A stretch of DNA of 64,000 bases from Nitrosopumilus sp. Its GTDB lineage: Archaea; Thermoproteota; Nitrososphaeria; Nitrososphaerales; Nitrosopumilaceae. Positions 1 to 8,528 of this stretch are shown here, piece after piece. Position 1 is the stretch's first letter; every line of letters starts with the position of its first letter. Both the position numbers and the translations under genes were made by a program. The stretch spans positions 896,001-960,000 of the forward strand of contig OZ245003.1 of the NCBI GenBank assembly GCA_965223425.1, written 5' to 3'. A model generated the notes under the pieces. The model was given only the letters and a program-made list of their open reading frames with translations. It was not told the DNA's origin and did not search any database.

Positions 1-213
1 CCCGTCTTCTGTATAGTGAAATATGGTCGGCATGTCTGCCAGCAGATCCGGAACCATCGGGCCGCCAACTGTGACGAAGAGCTGAGATATTGCAATCATT
101 GAGGCAAATACCAGTATTCCCATCCCAAGCATTAGCGGCATGGTAAAGAGAAAGCCGCGTCTTTTCTTGCTACGAATCCTTGTAACGTGAGTAATCAGTT
201 TTGATGCCAGCAC
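1..213 (-). CDS. Partial pilin-like/membrane protein with class III signal peptide (runs off window edge)
   Basis: Manual translation from GTG 213: ...IRSKKRRG/FLFTMPLMLGMGILVFASMIAI; TATA-like sequence at about 236-241. Confidence 0.6.
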   Translation of the reverse strand, partial: MLASKLITHVTRIRSKKRRGFLFTMPLMLGMGILVFASMIAISQLFVTVGGPMVPDLLADMPTIFHYTEDG

Positions 214-284
214 AGCCTCAAAACTTTGGATGCAATTTAAGAGAGAAATCTCAGGGCTGTTTTTTTGGGAATGTTTTTTGCCAG

Positions 285-698
285 TCACAGAATTGTTACG
301 ATGGCTACTGCACTAGGATAATCGGTTGAGAAAATTTTGTAGATTCCTGGAGGAACCCGGTTGCCTTGAAGATCTGTTCGAGTCCACTGAAATGACATTT
401 CAGAATCTGGATGCAGAGTAGTCTCCGCCTCACCTGCAGCATCTGGATATAGACGCTGATCCAACGTGTTGGTTATTGTCATGCTGTACGAGGTATCTGC
501 AAACGATACTGTTTTGTTTCCAGAATTTACTAGATGAAATTTTATCTGCTCACCTATCTGATAATGGGATTTTTCTGTAGTTATGTGCAAGTATCCTTTA
601 GGTGTGTTGAAATCTTCCACTGTGAGATAAACGCCGGTTACTGATGCGCCAAATACTGCGGCAACCACAATGCCGATTACTAGTCTCTTTGATGACAC
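285..698 (-). CDS. Membrane-anchored Ig-like protein (BsuPI/FlgD-like fold)
   Basis: N-terminal TM, FHLVNSG and W..TDLQGNRVPPGIY motifs. Confidence 0.6.
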   Translation of the reverse strand: MSSKRLVIGIVVAAVFGASVTGVYLTVEDFNTPKGYLHITTEKSHYQIGEQIKFHLVNSGNKTVSFADTSYSMTITNTLDQRLYPDAAGEAETTLHPDSEMSFQWTRTDLQGNRVPPGIYKIFSTDYPSAVAIVTIL

Positions 699-758
699 TC
701 AATATGTTTTCCCAACTTTTCATATAATGGTTTTTTTGCGCTTATAGTCGACTCGCAT

Positions 759-1172
759 ATGGAACTTGTGAACCAGATAATTGCGGCAGTCATGCTTTTT
801 GGGATAGTAACTGCAGTCTTTGCGCCGATAATAGCAGAGTCCGGCTTGCAGATATTCTCAAAGTCTGTCAGCATATCAGATGCTATGGAATCATCAAGAG
901 ACAGGACAGGCCAGATAATGGTTGCTACAAACACACAGCAGCAAGACGACACCGTCTCCGTATATCTTTCAAATATTGGCATTGCAGATATCCGTATTCA
1001 TACAGTTCTTGTGGATGGTCTAGAGTCATCATTTGTTTTGAAAAATCAGGATGATGTGCCAACTGATGTGTTTCATATAGACGAGCTTGCAATCTTGGAG
1101 ATTCAGGGTACAGGTGACGCAGTGCAGGTAATTACAGATAGTGGCAAGCTCTTTGAGTTTTTTGTACGATGA
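759..1172 (+). CDS. Pilin/archaellin-like (FlaF/FlaG-type) protein
   Basis: N-terminal hydrophobic helix; VYLSNIG and VITDSGK beta-domain motifs. Confidence 0.6.
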   Translation: MELVNQIIAAVMLFGIVTAVFAPIIAESGLQIFSKSVSISDAMESSRDRTGQIMVATNTQQQDDTVSVYLSNIGIADIRIHTVLVDGLESSFVLKNQDDVPTDVFHIDELAILEIQGTGDAVQVITDSGKLFEFFVR

Positions 1173-1210
1173 TTTTCTGATCTGCCTGAAATTACTGGAG
1201 CTGTTTACAG

Positions 1211-1260
1211 GGCTCTGTAGCGTTATGGTGACCTGAAATATGGATCTTCTCTGGATTGAA
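1211..1260 (+). mobile_element. Orphan IS6-family transposon end
   Basis: GGCTCTGTAG...GAAATATGGATCTTCTCTG aligns with both ends of the 19423-22405 element. Confidence 0.65.
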
Positions 1261-1731
1261 AATCTATACGCACAACGATCAATTAACACTTGACAACATC
1301 TTAAAAAAACTATTTTTTGGTGATCAGTTCGGGGTTGTCGCCAAATTCGACCAAATGATAATTTTGTAATTTTTCACGCGTATTGATCAGGTAGGCGTGG
1401 GTTTCCAATGACTCGCCATAAGAAACGTGATCAGTACTGGAAGTACCATCACGATGCCCACACCCGAGAACTGGATTTTCTCACATCCCATAGTTTCTTT
1501 GATTGTGGATAATTCGTCCTGTACATGCCAGAAGGTCTGGCGCGGGACGCAAGCTGGTACACGGCAAAAACAAGCTTGCATTTCTCTGCATACTATGGTG
1601 TGCCTTGACTTTACATTCAGGGACATGGAGGATCCCCCCCCCTCTAGAACGCAGTTATGCAGTTAAATGATTTATAAGAATTCCAGTCAAATACAATACT
1701 GTCATCCCAAGCCCGTCAATAAAAGACTGCA

Positions 1732-2000
1732 TCAGTCTTTGCCGTAGACTACCTTGTGATCACCTACAACAATCAACAAAATGATTTTTTGTGGATTGGC
1801 AACCTTGTAGATTAATCGGCATGACCGTCCAATCTCATAGGCAAAGTATCCATATACTTTCCTTTTTTAGAATTCCTAAATCGGCAGGGAATTCTGATTT
1901 TGCAAGGGCAAGTATGGCCTCATCTGTTTGCTTTTGCAGTCGCGAAGAAAGTTTCTTGTAACTGACCACAAAGAGTTTGGTTCTTTCCGTATAGCCACAA
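1732..2000 (-). pseudogene. RelE/ParE-like toxin, frameshifted
   Basis: Frames join to ERTKLFVVSYKKL...PADLG...FAYEIGRSCRLIY...GDHKVVYGKD*, homologous to 52956-53231. Confidence 0.75.
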
Positions 2001-2002
2001 AA

Positions 2003-2149
2003 TCACTTATGTTCGTGAAGATCAGCTATCAACTCTTCAGGAGTTTTAAATGACTTTGGTCGGTCTGCGCCTGATTCGTACTGCTCTACTATGTATTCTT
2101 CGTTTGGCCAGAGATCGTTCTCATCTGTGACTTGTTTTGCCTTTGACAT
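2003..2149 (-). CDS. Small acidic antitoxin (48 aa, not in ORF track)
   Basis: MSKAKQ...KSFKTPEELIADLHEHK resembles the 52718-52969 C-terminus (KTFSTAEELLKDLHEDD); directly upstream of the toxin. Confidence 0.7.
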   Translation of the reverse strand: MSKAKQVTDENDLWPNEEYIVEQYESGADRPKSFKTPEELIADLHEHK

Positions 2150-2169
2150 GTTCTTTTGTTTGTTCTGCA

Positions 2170-2187
2170 TCCTAAAAAATATTAGGA
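2170..2187. promoter_or_regulatory. TA operator palindrome TCCTAA-N6-TTAGGA
   Basis: Same palindrome at 52681-52698 upstream of the paralogous TA pair. Confidence 0.65.
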
Positions 2188-2251
2188 GTCAGAAATTCCC
2201 ACGAGTTCTCGCCTTATCTTTTTGGGGATAAAATGGACTCGTTTGTTGAAT

Positions 2252-2827
2252 TTAGATTCGTTTTCTGACTTGCCATACTACAATTACAGGTGTCGCAATG
2301 TATATTCCTACAATTAATCCAATAACTGACACACCAAAGAAAATTACTTCATTCTCAGAACCCTCATTTACAAGGGTCATAATAGATAGAGTGGAAATAA
2401 TAGGCGTAATGAAAATCTTGACAGCTTCCTTGAAAATTGGATTTTCGTTCTCCATTTGTGCCACCTGTGGTGAAAAAGAATAGTAGACTGAATTAAATCC
2501 ATCCATAAACAACGCACCGGAATATGTACCAAGTAGGATGTTGTCTCGAACCTCTCTTAGCATTTGGACTTGCGGTGCCAGTTCTGAACCATAGGAGGCG
2601 GTGGCAATCAGACAGTCTACACTAGGTTTTTCTCCCGGAGGTAATTCGTAGGCAGGATCGCACTTTCCATCTACAAGTATCGTTTCAGGACCGCATACTA
2701 CTTTGTCACCTGGCAGGCCTTCGGTAAGTTCCTCTTGAGCAACAATCAAAGGCATTGTAATTGTTGTTGATATTAATAAGAATATGATTAATTGATTTGT
2801 AGTAAAAAAAATAGAAGGACTATTCAT
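2252..2827 (-). CDS. CFI-box-CTERM domain surface protein
   Basis: CLIATASYGSELAPQVQMLREVRD motif, signal peptide, C-terminal TM with basic tail. Confidence 0.85.
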   Translation of the reverse strand: MNSPSIFFTTNQLIIFLLISTTITMPLIVAQEELTEGLPGDKVVCGPETILVDGKCDPAYELPPGEKPSVDCLIATASYGSELAPQVQMLREVRDNILLGTYSGALFMDGFNSVYYSFSPQVAQMENENPIFKEAVKIFITPIISTLSIMTLVNEGSENEVIFFGVSVIGLIVGIYIATPVIVVWQVRKRI

Positions 2828-3401
2828 TTTTATCCGATCTATATCTCTTGATTTCGTCTTTCAAATCTGATTCGTTCTTTTTTTCCGCATCTAATTGTTT
2901 TTTGGCTTTACCAAAATCATCTATGGTATATTTGCCTGTGAGCAGTCCTGCCACATAATAATTATCTCCCCAGATTGACTCTGGTTCTGGACCTGCAACA
3001 AATACTAGAACATGTTCGCCTTCTTCAAATGAAGCATCAATATGTGAAATGGTCTCAGCATCTCCTACTTTGCCACCTTGGATTCTTACAGTGATGTATT
3101 TTTCTTCGTATTCATCAAAGAGATCTTCTTCGACTTCAATTTTGACATCTGAGAAAATGTATTCCTCATTATCACGTATTACTATTGTTGAAACGATTCG
3201 TTGGACTTCTCCACTAATTGCGTAATTTGCCCCTTGTGACAGTTCCTCTAATGAATAATCTGGGATTATACCTTTGAGTATGATAGTCTCACTGGCTTCA
3301 ACGTTATCAGATTGCTCAAATATAGACACACCGATAGAAATACCAGTGATTGCAACGATTGCTATTAAAGATAATTTAATTTTGTTTTGCATTTTTATCA
3401 C
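2820..3401 (-). CDS. Secreted/membrane-anchored hypothetical protein (possible OB/TIMP-like fold)
   Basis: N-terminal TM; abuts the metalloprotease gene in an operon. Confidence 0.6.
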   Translation of the reverse strand: MIKMQNKIKLSLIAIVAITGISIGVSIFEQSDNVEASETIILKGIIPDYSLEELSQGANYAISGEVQRIVSTIVIRDNEEYIFSDVKIEVEEDLFDEYEEKYITVRIQGGKVGDAETISHIDASFEEGEHVLVFVAGPEPESIWGDNYYVAGLLTGKYTIDDFGKAKKQLDAEKKNESDLKDEIKRYRSDKNE

Positions 3402-4022
3402 CTAATGGTTTATGTCTAGAGCGATTTCGTCGGCAGATTGAACGTCACTAAGAATACTGGAACACCAAGGTCTCATTACAGAATGATCATAAAAGACATG
3501 CCAATGATGTTTCAAGCCAAATGAATGACCAACCTCATGATTTGCTATCCATTCAATGTCTTTATTGTTGTTAGAACAGACATTTACATCAGAACCAAAC
3601 CCTCTATCAGTTGTATATTCAATAAGGGAATGGTGAATTTTGGTTGGTTGACCTGATACAGTCCAAGTTCTTTCTTGTGCAGAAGAGCCGTATTGACCTA
3701 ATGCTGCTGATTCATGACTAATATAATATACAGAAGGGCATGAACCGTCATCATCTCTAACATCAATACTGCTACTGATATTGTCTAGTGCATCATTGTA
3801 AGTGTCTGCAACTTTGTCTAATTCGGTTTCTACTACAGATCGTTGGTTTATTGAACCATCTATTTCGATACTATTTAGTTCAGATGTATAACAAAATTCT
3901 GGATCATTTTGCCAGTAATAATTTTCTACTGAAACTGCAGTGGCAAGTACGTTTGGTATTGAAAATGCCACAATGAGGGCACTTAATGCAATTATGGAAG
4001 TTGTTGTTTTTATGTTTTTCAC
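3402..4022 (-). CDS. Secreted metzincin (matrixin-like) zinc metalloprotease
   Basis: HEVGHSFGLKH zinc motif, SVM Met-turn, signal peptide. Confidence 0.8.
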   Translation of the reverse strand: MKNIKTTTSIIALSALIVAFSIPNVLATAVSVENYYWQNDPEFCYTSELNSIEIDGSINQRSVVETELDKVADTYNDALDNISSSIDVRDDDGSCPSVYYISHESAALGQYGSSAQERTWTVSGQPTKIHHSLIEYTTDRGFGSDVNVCSNNNKDIEWIANHEVGHSFGLKHHWHVFYDHSVMRPWCSSILSDVQSADEIALDINH

Positions 4023-4075
4023 GTTATTATGATATTCGATAATATGTCACTATATATAATATCAATTTCTTTCAG

Positions 4076-4367
4076 CTAACCACAAACCAATGGAAAGCTG
4101 GAGCGCCTGCACGACGAAATACAGCGGAAGCTTCCGGAGTTTGTGGCAATCATGATGCGCAAAAGCGATCCGGTGGACCTGCTCATGGACTGGTACAACA
4201 ACCGTAGGCCCCACATGTCACTGAACAGAAAGCAGAGGGAAACGCCTGCACAGGCCTTTGTGCGCAAGATGCCGCCAAAGGGGGGAATAGTAGTTGATGA
4301 GCAGACAGGGGAGGAATATGAAACCAAGTAGCAGGGTGTGTGTGTGAACTACTTTTAGGATCCCACA
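4076..4367 (+). mobile_element. IS481-like transposase 3' remnant with right end
   Basis: PQTNGKLERLH...WYNNRRPHMSL..ETPAQAF rve C-terminus; element ends in ...CCCACA. Confidence 0.7.
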
Positions 4368-4387
4368 GGTTTTTTTATACGAAATCT

Positions 4388-6772
4388 TTATTGTTGCAGC
4401 GAATCTATAATTTGCTGGGGAATCTTAGTGGTAGGAGAGATCTCTAAAATCATATTTGTTATTAAATCTCTATATTCCTTGTGAACTTTTTCTAAGATAT
4501 CTGGATTTTCTGTTTTAATATAATTTAATGCCCGATTGAGCGGCAATACAGACTCTTCAGAAAAAGAATCTATTTCTATGATTTTATCCATAAACAAAAC
4601 AGCCTTTTCTAATTTATCATCTTTAACCAATTCTGTAACAGGTAATAACGATATGAAATATGCATCGATTGTATATCTTCGTGCAAGCGTTTCTAATGAA
4701 TCAAACAACATTTCCGTAAATTTATTTTCGTTTTCTGCCATTGTATGAGCTGCGTAATGGGCAATATCTCCGGCAATTTTTGGTACAAGTTCTTTTTGTA
4801 ATTTTTCATCCAAATTTGACAAATTACCAAATGTGACATCAACTACTTTTGATAATAATCCTAGATCGTTTGTGCCTCCCACTGCATCAAGAATTCTAAA
4901 GAAATCCTCAAAACCGCTATTTATCAGATCAATGGCTATTTTTTCAGCATCTTGTACTTTGTTGATCTCCACTAGGCACCCAAGTCGTAAAACATTCACT
5001 TCCCTTCCAATTTTGTCTTTTGGAATCTCTGATAATGCTTTTGGAATCTCTGATAATGCTTTTGGAATCTCTGATAATACTTTTAGAGCTTTTTTGAAAT
5101 CCTTTCTATGGATCATTATTATAGATTTTTCTAGCATAGATGAAGTACAAGAATAGTTAATTACCGCCATAGATAAATCAACATATTTTTCAGCCTTGTC
5201 TAGTTCATTTTTTTGTATATAGTGTGATGCTAGTTTGTGATACATTTGATGAAGCCATGCATGTTCCTTAGAATCTGATTTGTTTTGATACTTTTTAGTA
5301 ATTCTCATTAACTTGTTTTCCACCAGATCTCTTTCCTTTACAGCATCTCTTAGATGTCCATATTTTTCAGAAGCCTCAGACATGCAACACCTGGCATGAG
5401 CCATTGATAGTTCAGCTGCCAAAGAAATTATCTTATTAGACATTTGTTTTTTAAATTCCTCCACGCTTTTTATTTCACGGAGTGCAGAATCAAAATCTCC
5501 TATGAGCATAAATCTTTGCACTGTGTTTTCCAAATCAAGAATTTTCATATCAGGCATAGTATCTAAAAGGTAACATGCATAAACAAGATGTTTTTTAGTG
5601 TCTTCCTCAGAATGTGTAGATATTTCAAAAAATCTATCTGAGAGTTGCCTGTATTCAAAAAGTCTTTCTTTTCTGGTGTACCAAATTTTTAAGAAATTAA
5701 TAAACAAACTGATCCTTTTTGATCCGATTGGGGAACGCATCTCTCTCCAAATTCGATATAATCTTTCAGTTACTTGGTATGATGTTTCCTTCTTATCTCT
5801 AAATTTTATTGCCTCTGCTATGCCATTATTTTCTAAACGACGCAGTTGGGTGACCACACTTGCTACTTTCATTTTAGTTATTTGTGCCAGTTCTGTGGGC
5901 GATATTGGTCCTTTTTCTTGAGACAACGTATCTACAATCTTTCTTTGGGTTATGGACAATTGCTCCATTCGAACTTGATAGTAAGGGGTAAGTTGATCCA
6001 GTAATTCAAGAAGATTGGATTCCAAATCTACCAATGAATTTTTTTGGAGTAATATCTCACAAAGAGCATGAGTTAACCGAGGGTTTCCGCAAGTAAGAAT
6101 GTGTATCCCTTTGACTCGTTCTGTGTATTTTTCAAAATTTTTAAGCAGTTCTTTTTTCCCTCCACACTCAAATCTTTTTTTAATTAATGTTCTCATTGCT
6201 TTAACATTCAGTCCTTTCAAAAATGTTACATCCATAAAATTATAAAACGGTTCGTCATGTGAGGAAATTTCATGAAATACTGTCAAGGCCGAACCGACTA
6301 TGCAAAAGGGATTATGTTCTTGTAAAATAGCTCTTAACTTTGGTAATTCATTTTCCATCTGTTCAAATAACATTTGTAAATTATCTACAAAGATTACTGG
6401 AAATTTTTTTTGATTTTTAAGGTTATTGAATTCATTTAATGCAGTTGCTTCAACATTATTTTCATCAAATTCAACATTAAGCTCTTCTAGAATTCTTTTA
6501 AATAAATTCTCGACACTTGTTACAGAATATTCTTCCTCAGATAACCGTATAGTTGTAAAATTACTGAATTCATTTAATTTATGATATATTTGTAATAGCG
6601 TGTGTGTTTTTCCGATTCCTCGCTGACCTACTAATAAGATATGTGTAGCTAAATTACTTGAAATCGAATTTTGAAGTTTTTTAACGATATTGGCTACTGT
6701 CTTCTCCCTTCCAGTCGAAATGTATTCCAGGTCTTCTTTAGACATTAAATCAGGGGTAAATTTGTAGAACAT
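4388..6772 (-). CDS. STAND-like AAA+ ATPase with winged HTH and TPR-like helical C-terminus
   Basis: Walker A GQRGIGKT, Walker B IFVDN, GNPR motif, SPTELAQ...LRRLENNG wHTH. Confidence 0.8.
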   Translation of the reverse strand: MFYKFTPDLMSKEDLEYISTGREKTVANIVKKLQNSISSNLATHILLVGQRGIGKTHTLLQIYHKLNEFSNFTTIRLSEEEYSVTSVENLFKRILEELNVEFDENNVEATALNEFNNLKNQKKFPVIFVDNLQMLFEQMENELPKLRAILQEHNPFCIVGSALTVFHEISSHDEPFYNFMDVTFLKGLNVKAMRTLIKKRFECGGKKELLKNFEKYTERVKGIHILTCGNPRLTHALCEILLQKNSLVDLESNLLELLDQLTPYYQVRMEQLSITQRKIVDTLSQEKGPISPTELAQITKMKVASVVTQLRRLENNGIAEAIKFRDKKETSYQVTERLYRIWREMRSPIGSKRISLFINFLKIWYTRKERLFEYRQLSDRFFEISTHSEEDTKKHLVYACYLLDTMPDMKILDLENTVQRFMLIGDFDSALREIKSVEEFKKQMSNKIISLAAELSMAHARCCMSEASEKYGHLRDAVKERDLVENKLMRITKKYQNKSDSKEHAWLHQMYHKLASHYIQKNELDKAEKYVDLSMAVINYSCTSSMLEKSIIMIHRKDFKKALKVLSEIPKALSEIPKALSEIPKDKIGREVNVLRLGCLVEINKVQDAEKIAIDLINSGFEDFFRILDAVGGTNDLGLLSKVVDVTFGNLSNLDEKLQKELVPKIAGDIAHYAAHTMAENENKFTEMLFDSLETLARRYTIDAYFISLLPVTELVKDDKLEKAVLFMDKIIEIDSFSEESVLPLNRALNYIKTENPDILEKVHKEYRDLITNMILEISPTTKIPQQIIDSLQQ
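5017..5084. repeat. 21-bp coding tandem repeat x3 (ALSEIPK)
   Basis: CTTTTGGAATCTCTGATAAT(G/A) repeated three times in frame. Confidence 0.95.
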
Positions 6773-6775
6773 GAC

Positions 6776-7948
6776 CTATAATCCCCGCCTATTCCTCCAC
6801 AAGTCTTCTAAAACTTTGGTGTAAAAACGACAGTCTTTAGAGGAAATATTCACAGTTAGATAGAAATCACCTTCTAATCTGTTTACCAACGCTGTAAATT
6901 TGGTAGCATCATTGGATTCAGTTATTTGAAAAAACAATTGCTTTAATTCCTCCAAAGACACTACCTGATGAATTGCAAGATAATCTAAAATTGACTTTGC
7001 TATTTTTCCCAATCCATTTTTATAATAATTATCCAGTCTTGTAAAATAATGTTCAAAATACCCTCTTCCACCTACTCCTAACACTTTTTCACTGTATGCT
7101 TTTTCAATTATATCTACAGATAATTTGGATTCATTTTCGTTCATTTCATCAATAACTGCCTGTATCAATATTTTAATAAAAAATGGTACACCGATACCTA
7201 CTTGTTCATAAATTTTTTGAATTATTTCTGCATCGGCAGAAGTATCCAATCCCTCAAACAACTGTTTAATCATTTCTTTAGATGGGGATTCAGGTAGGGG
7301 ATTTACCACAATTCGTTTAAAATCATTTATTGTATCCACTGCATCACATTCTGTTATCACTTGATCAATTCCTATCGACCCACAAATAATAAATCGTATG
7401 TCATAACTGATTCTAAGCTGTCGTAGCCAATTTAGAAATAATTTTGCTGTTTGGATTCCATTATCGTCGTTTCTTATCATGTTAAGTAGCATCGAAGGCA
7501 GCTCATCCACAATAAAAATAGGCCTAAGCTCACTTTCAGTTGTTAGTTTTTTAAAAATATGATTTCCTTTGTTTTCCCAATCCGGTTTTATGTACTCTCT
7601 TAATTTTAATTTGACATCCATTACCCCTACCACTTCAATCATTTTTAAAATTGAGGAGAATCCCTCCATGAGTTTGGTTTTTGTGTTTTTTAGGTTTTCT
7701 GTTTTGTCCATTATCTCCACGATGAAATTTTCTGGACGATCTAGATATTCAACATCCAAATAAAATACACGATAGCCTGATTTTGGAAAATCCCTTACAT
7801 TGAAGACAAAACTTGTTTTTCCAAATCTTCTTGGCGAAACTAGCAAAACGCTTCCTTTTTTGACAGACTCCCAGATTGCTTTTAATTCACTGTCTCTTCC
7901 AAAAAGTTCTTTTCCTGAAACAGCCGAGCCAATAATACATGAAAGCAT
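6776..7948 (-). CDS. Archaeal-type AAA ATPase (ATPase_2/STAND family)
   Basis: LFGR, Walker A SPRRFGKTS, Walker B IFIVDELP, GVPFF. Confidence 0.85.
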   Translation of the reverse strand: MLSCIIGSAVSGKELFGRDSELKAIWESVKKGSVLLVSPRRFGKTSFVFNVRDFPKSGYRVFYLDVEYLDRPENFIVEIMDKTENLKNTKTKLMEGFSSILKMIEVVGVMDVKLKLREYIKPDWENKGNHIFKKLTTESELRPIFIVDELPSMLLNMIRNDDNGIQTAKLFLNWLRQLRISYDIRFIICGSIGIDQVITECDAVDTINDFKRIVVNPLPESPSKEMIKQLFEGLDTSADAEIIQKIYEQVGIGVPFFIKILIQAVIDEMNENESKLSVDIIEKAYSEKVLGVGGRGYFEHYFTRLDNYYKNGLGKIAKSILDYLAIHQVVSLEELKQLFFQITESNDATKFTALVNRLEGDFYLTVNISSKDCRFYTKVLEDLWRNRRGL

Positions 7949-7956
7949 GTTTTTTT

Positions 7957-7988
7957 ATAACATGTTTGTTATATAACATTTTTGTTAT
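7957..7988. promoter_or_regulatory. Tandem operator palindromes ATAACA-N4-TGTTAT x2
   Basis: Two abutting 16-bp palindromes 9-40 bp upstream of the ATPase start, overlapping the TATA position. Confidence 0.7.
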
Positions 7989-8105
7989 GTGTACGTGATA
8001 ATGATACAAAACAAGAGAAAGAGCAATTCAAAGCAAGCATGTTAACATATGCCTCTGTCTGCAGGAAATGCAGTAAGGTATCAGGTTATGGTAAACAAAA
8101 AACAT

Positions 8106-8528
8106 TCATCCTGATTTTTGCACGTCAAAGCATTCTATCGCAGAACCGTCTTCAGTCGTTGCCGATGCCCTCACAATGTATTCTTTATCAGATATTTTGG
8201 CAGAAAAGGAATCCATCTGTCTCCATGCGCCCCCTGGCGCAATTGCAACAGAACTATTGCCAAATCCGTGTGACGTGCCGTCATCATCTGCAAATGTGAC
8301 ATTGGCAGCAGTGATTACTCCAGAGCCCACATTGCGCAATGACACTGCAAGGTATGCCCTCTCCCCGACATCATACAAGGAGACATCAGATAGCATGCAT
8401 CCGGAATTTCTTGTCGCAATGTCTGCATAGTCTGTCAGGACTGCAAGCAGCATTCCAGACAGCACGATTCCAAATCCAATAAGCATTGATACTGCAATCA
8501 GGCCGTGCATGCCGCGCCTTTTCCTCAC
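8106..8528 (-). CDS. Type IV pilin-like protein
   Basis: Class III signal MRKRRG/MHGLIAVSML, hydrophobic helix, LRNVG motif. Confidence 0.75.
   Translation of the reverse strand: MRKRRGMHGLIAVSMLIGFGIVLSGMLLAVLTDYADIATRNSGCMLSDVSLYDVGERAYLAVSLRNVGSGVITAANVTFADDDGTSHGFGNSSVAIAPGGAWRQMDSFSAKISDKEYIVRASATTEDGSAIECFDVQKSG

Noticed and set aside
1387-1666. Overlapping short ORFs, possibly a transposase relic
   Set aside because: No recognisable motif; cannot be supported.
5017-5084. 21-bp repeats as a CRISPR array or iteron
   Set aside because: Head-to-tail, in frame and inside a CDS.
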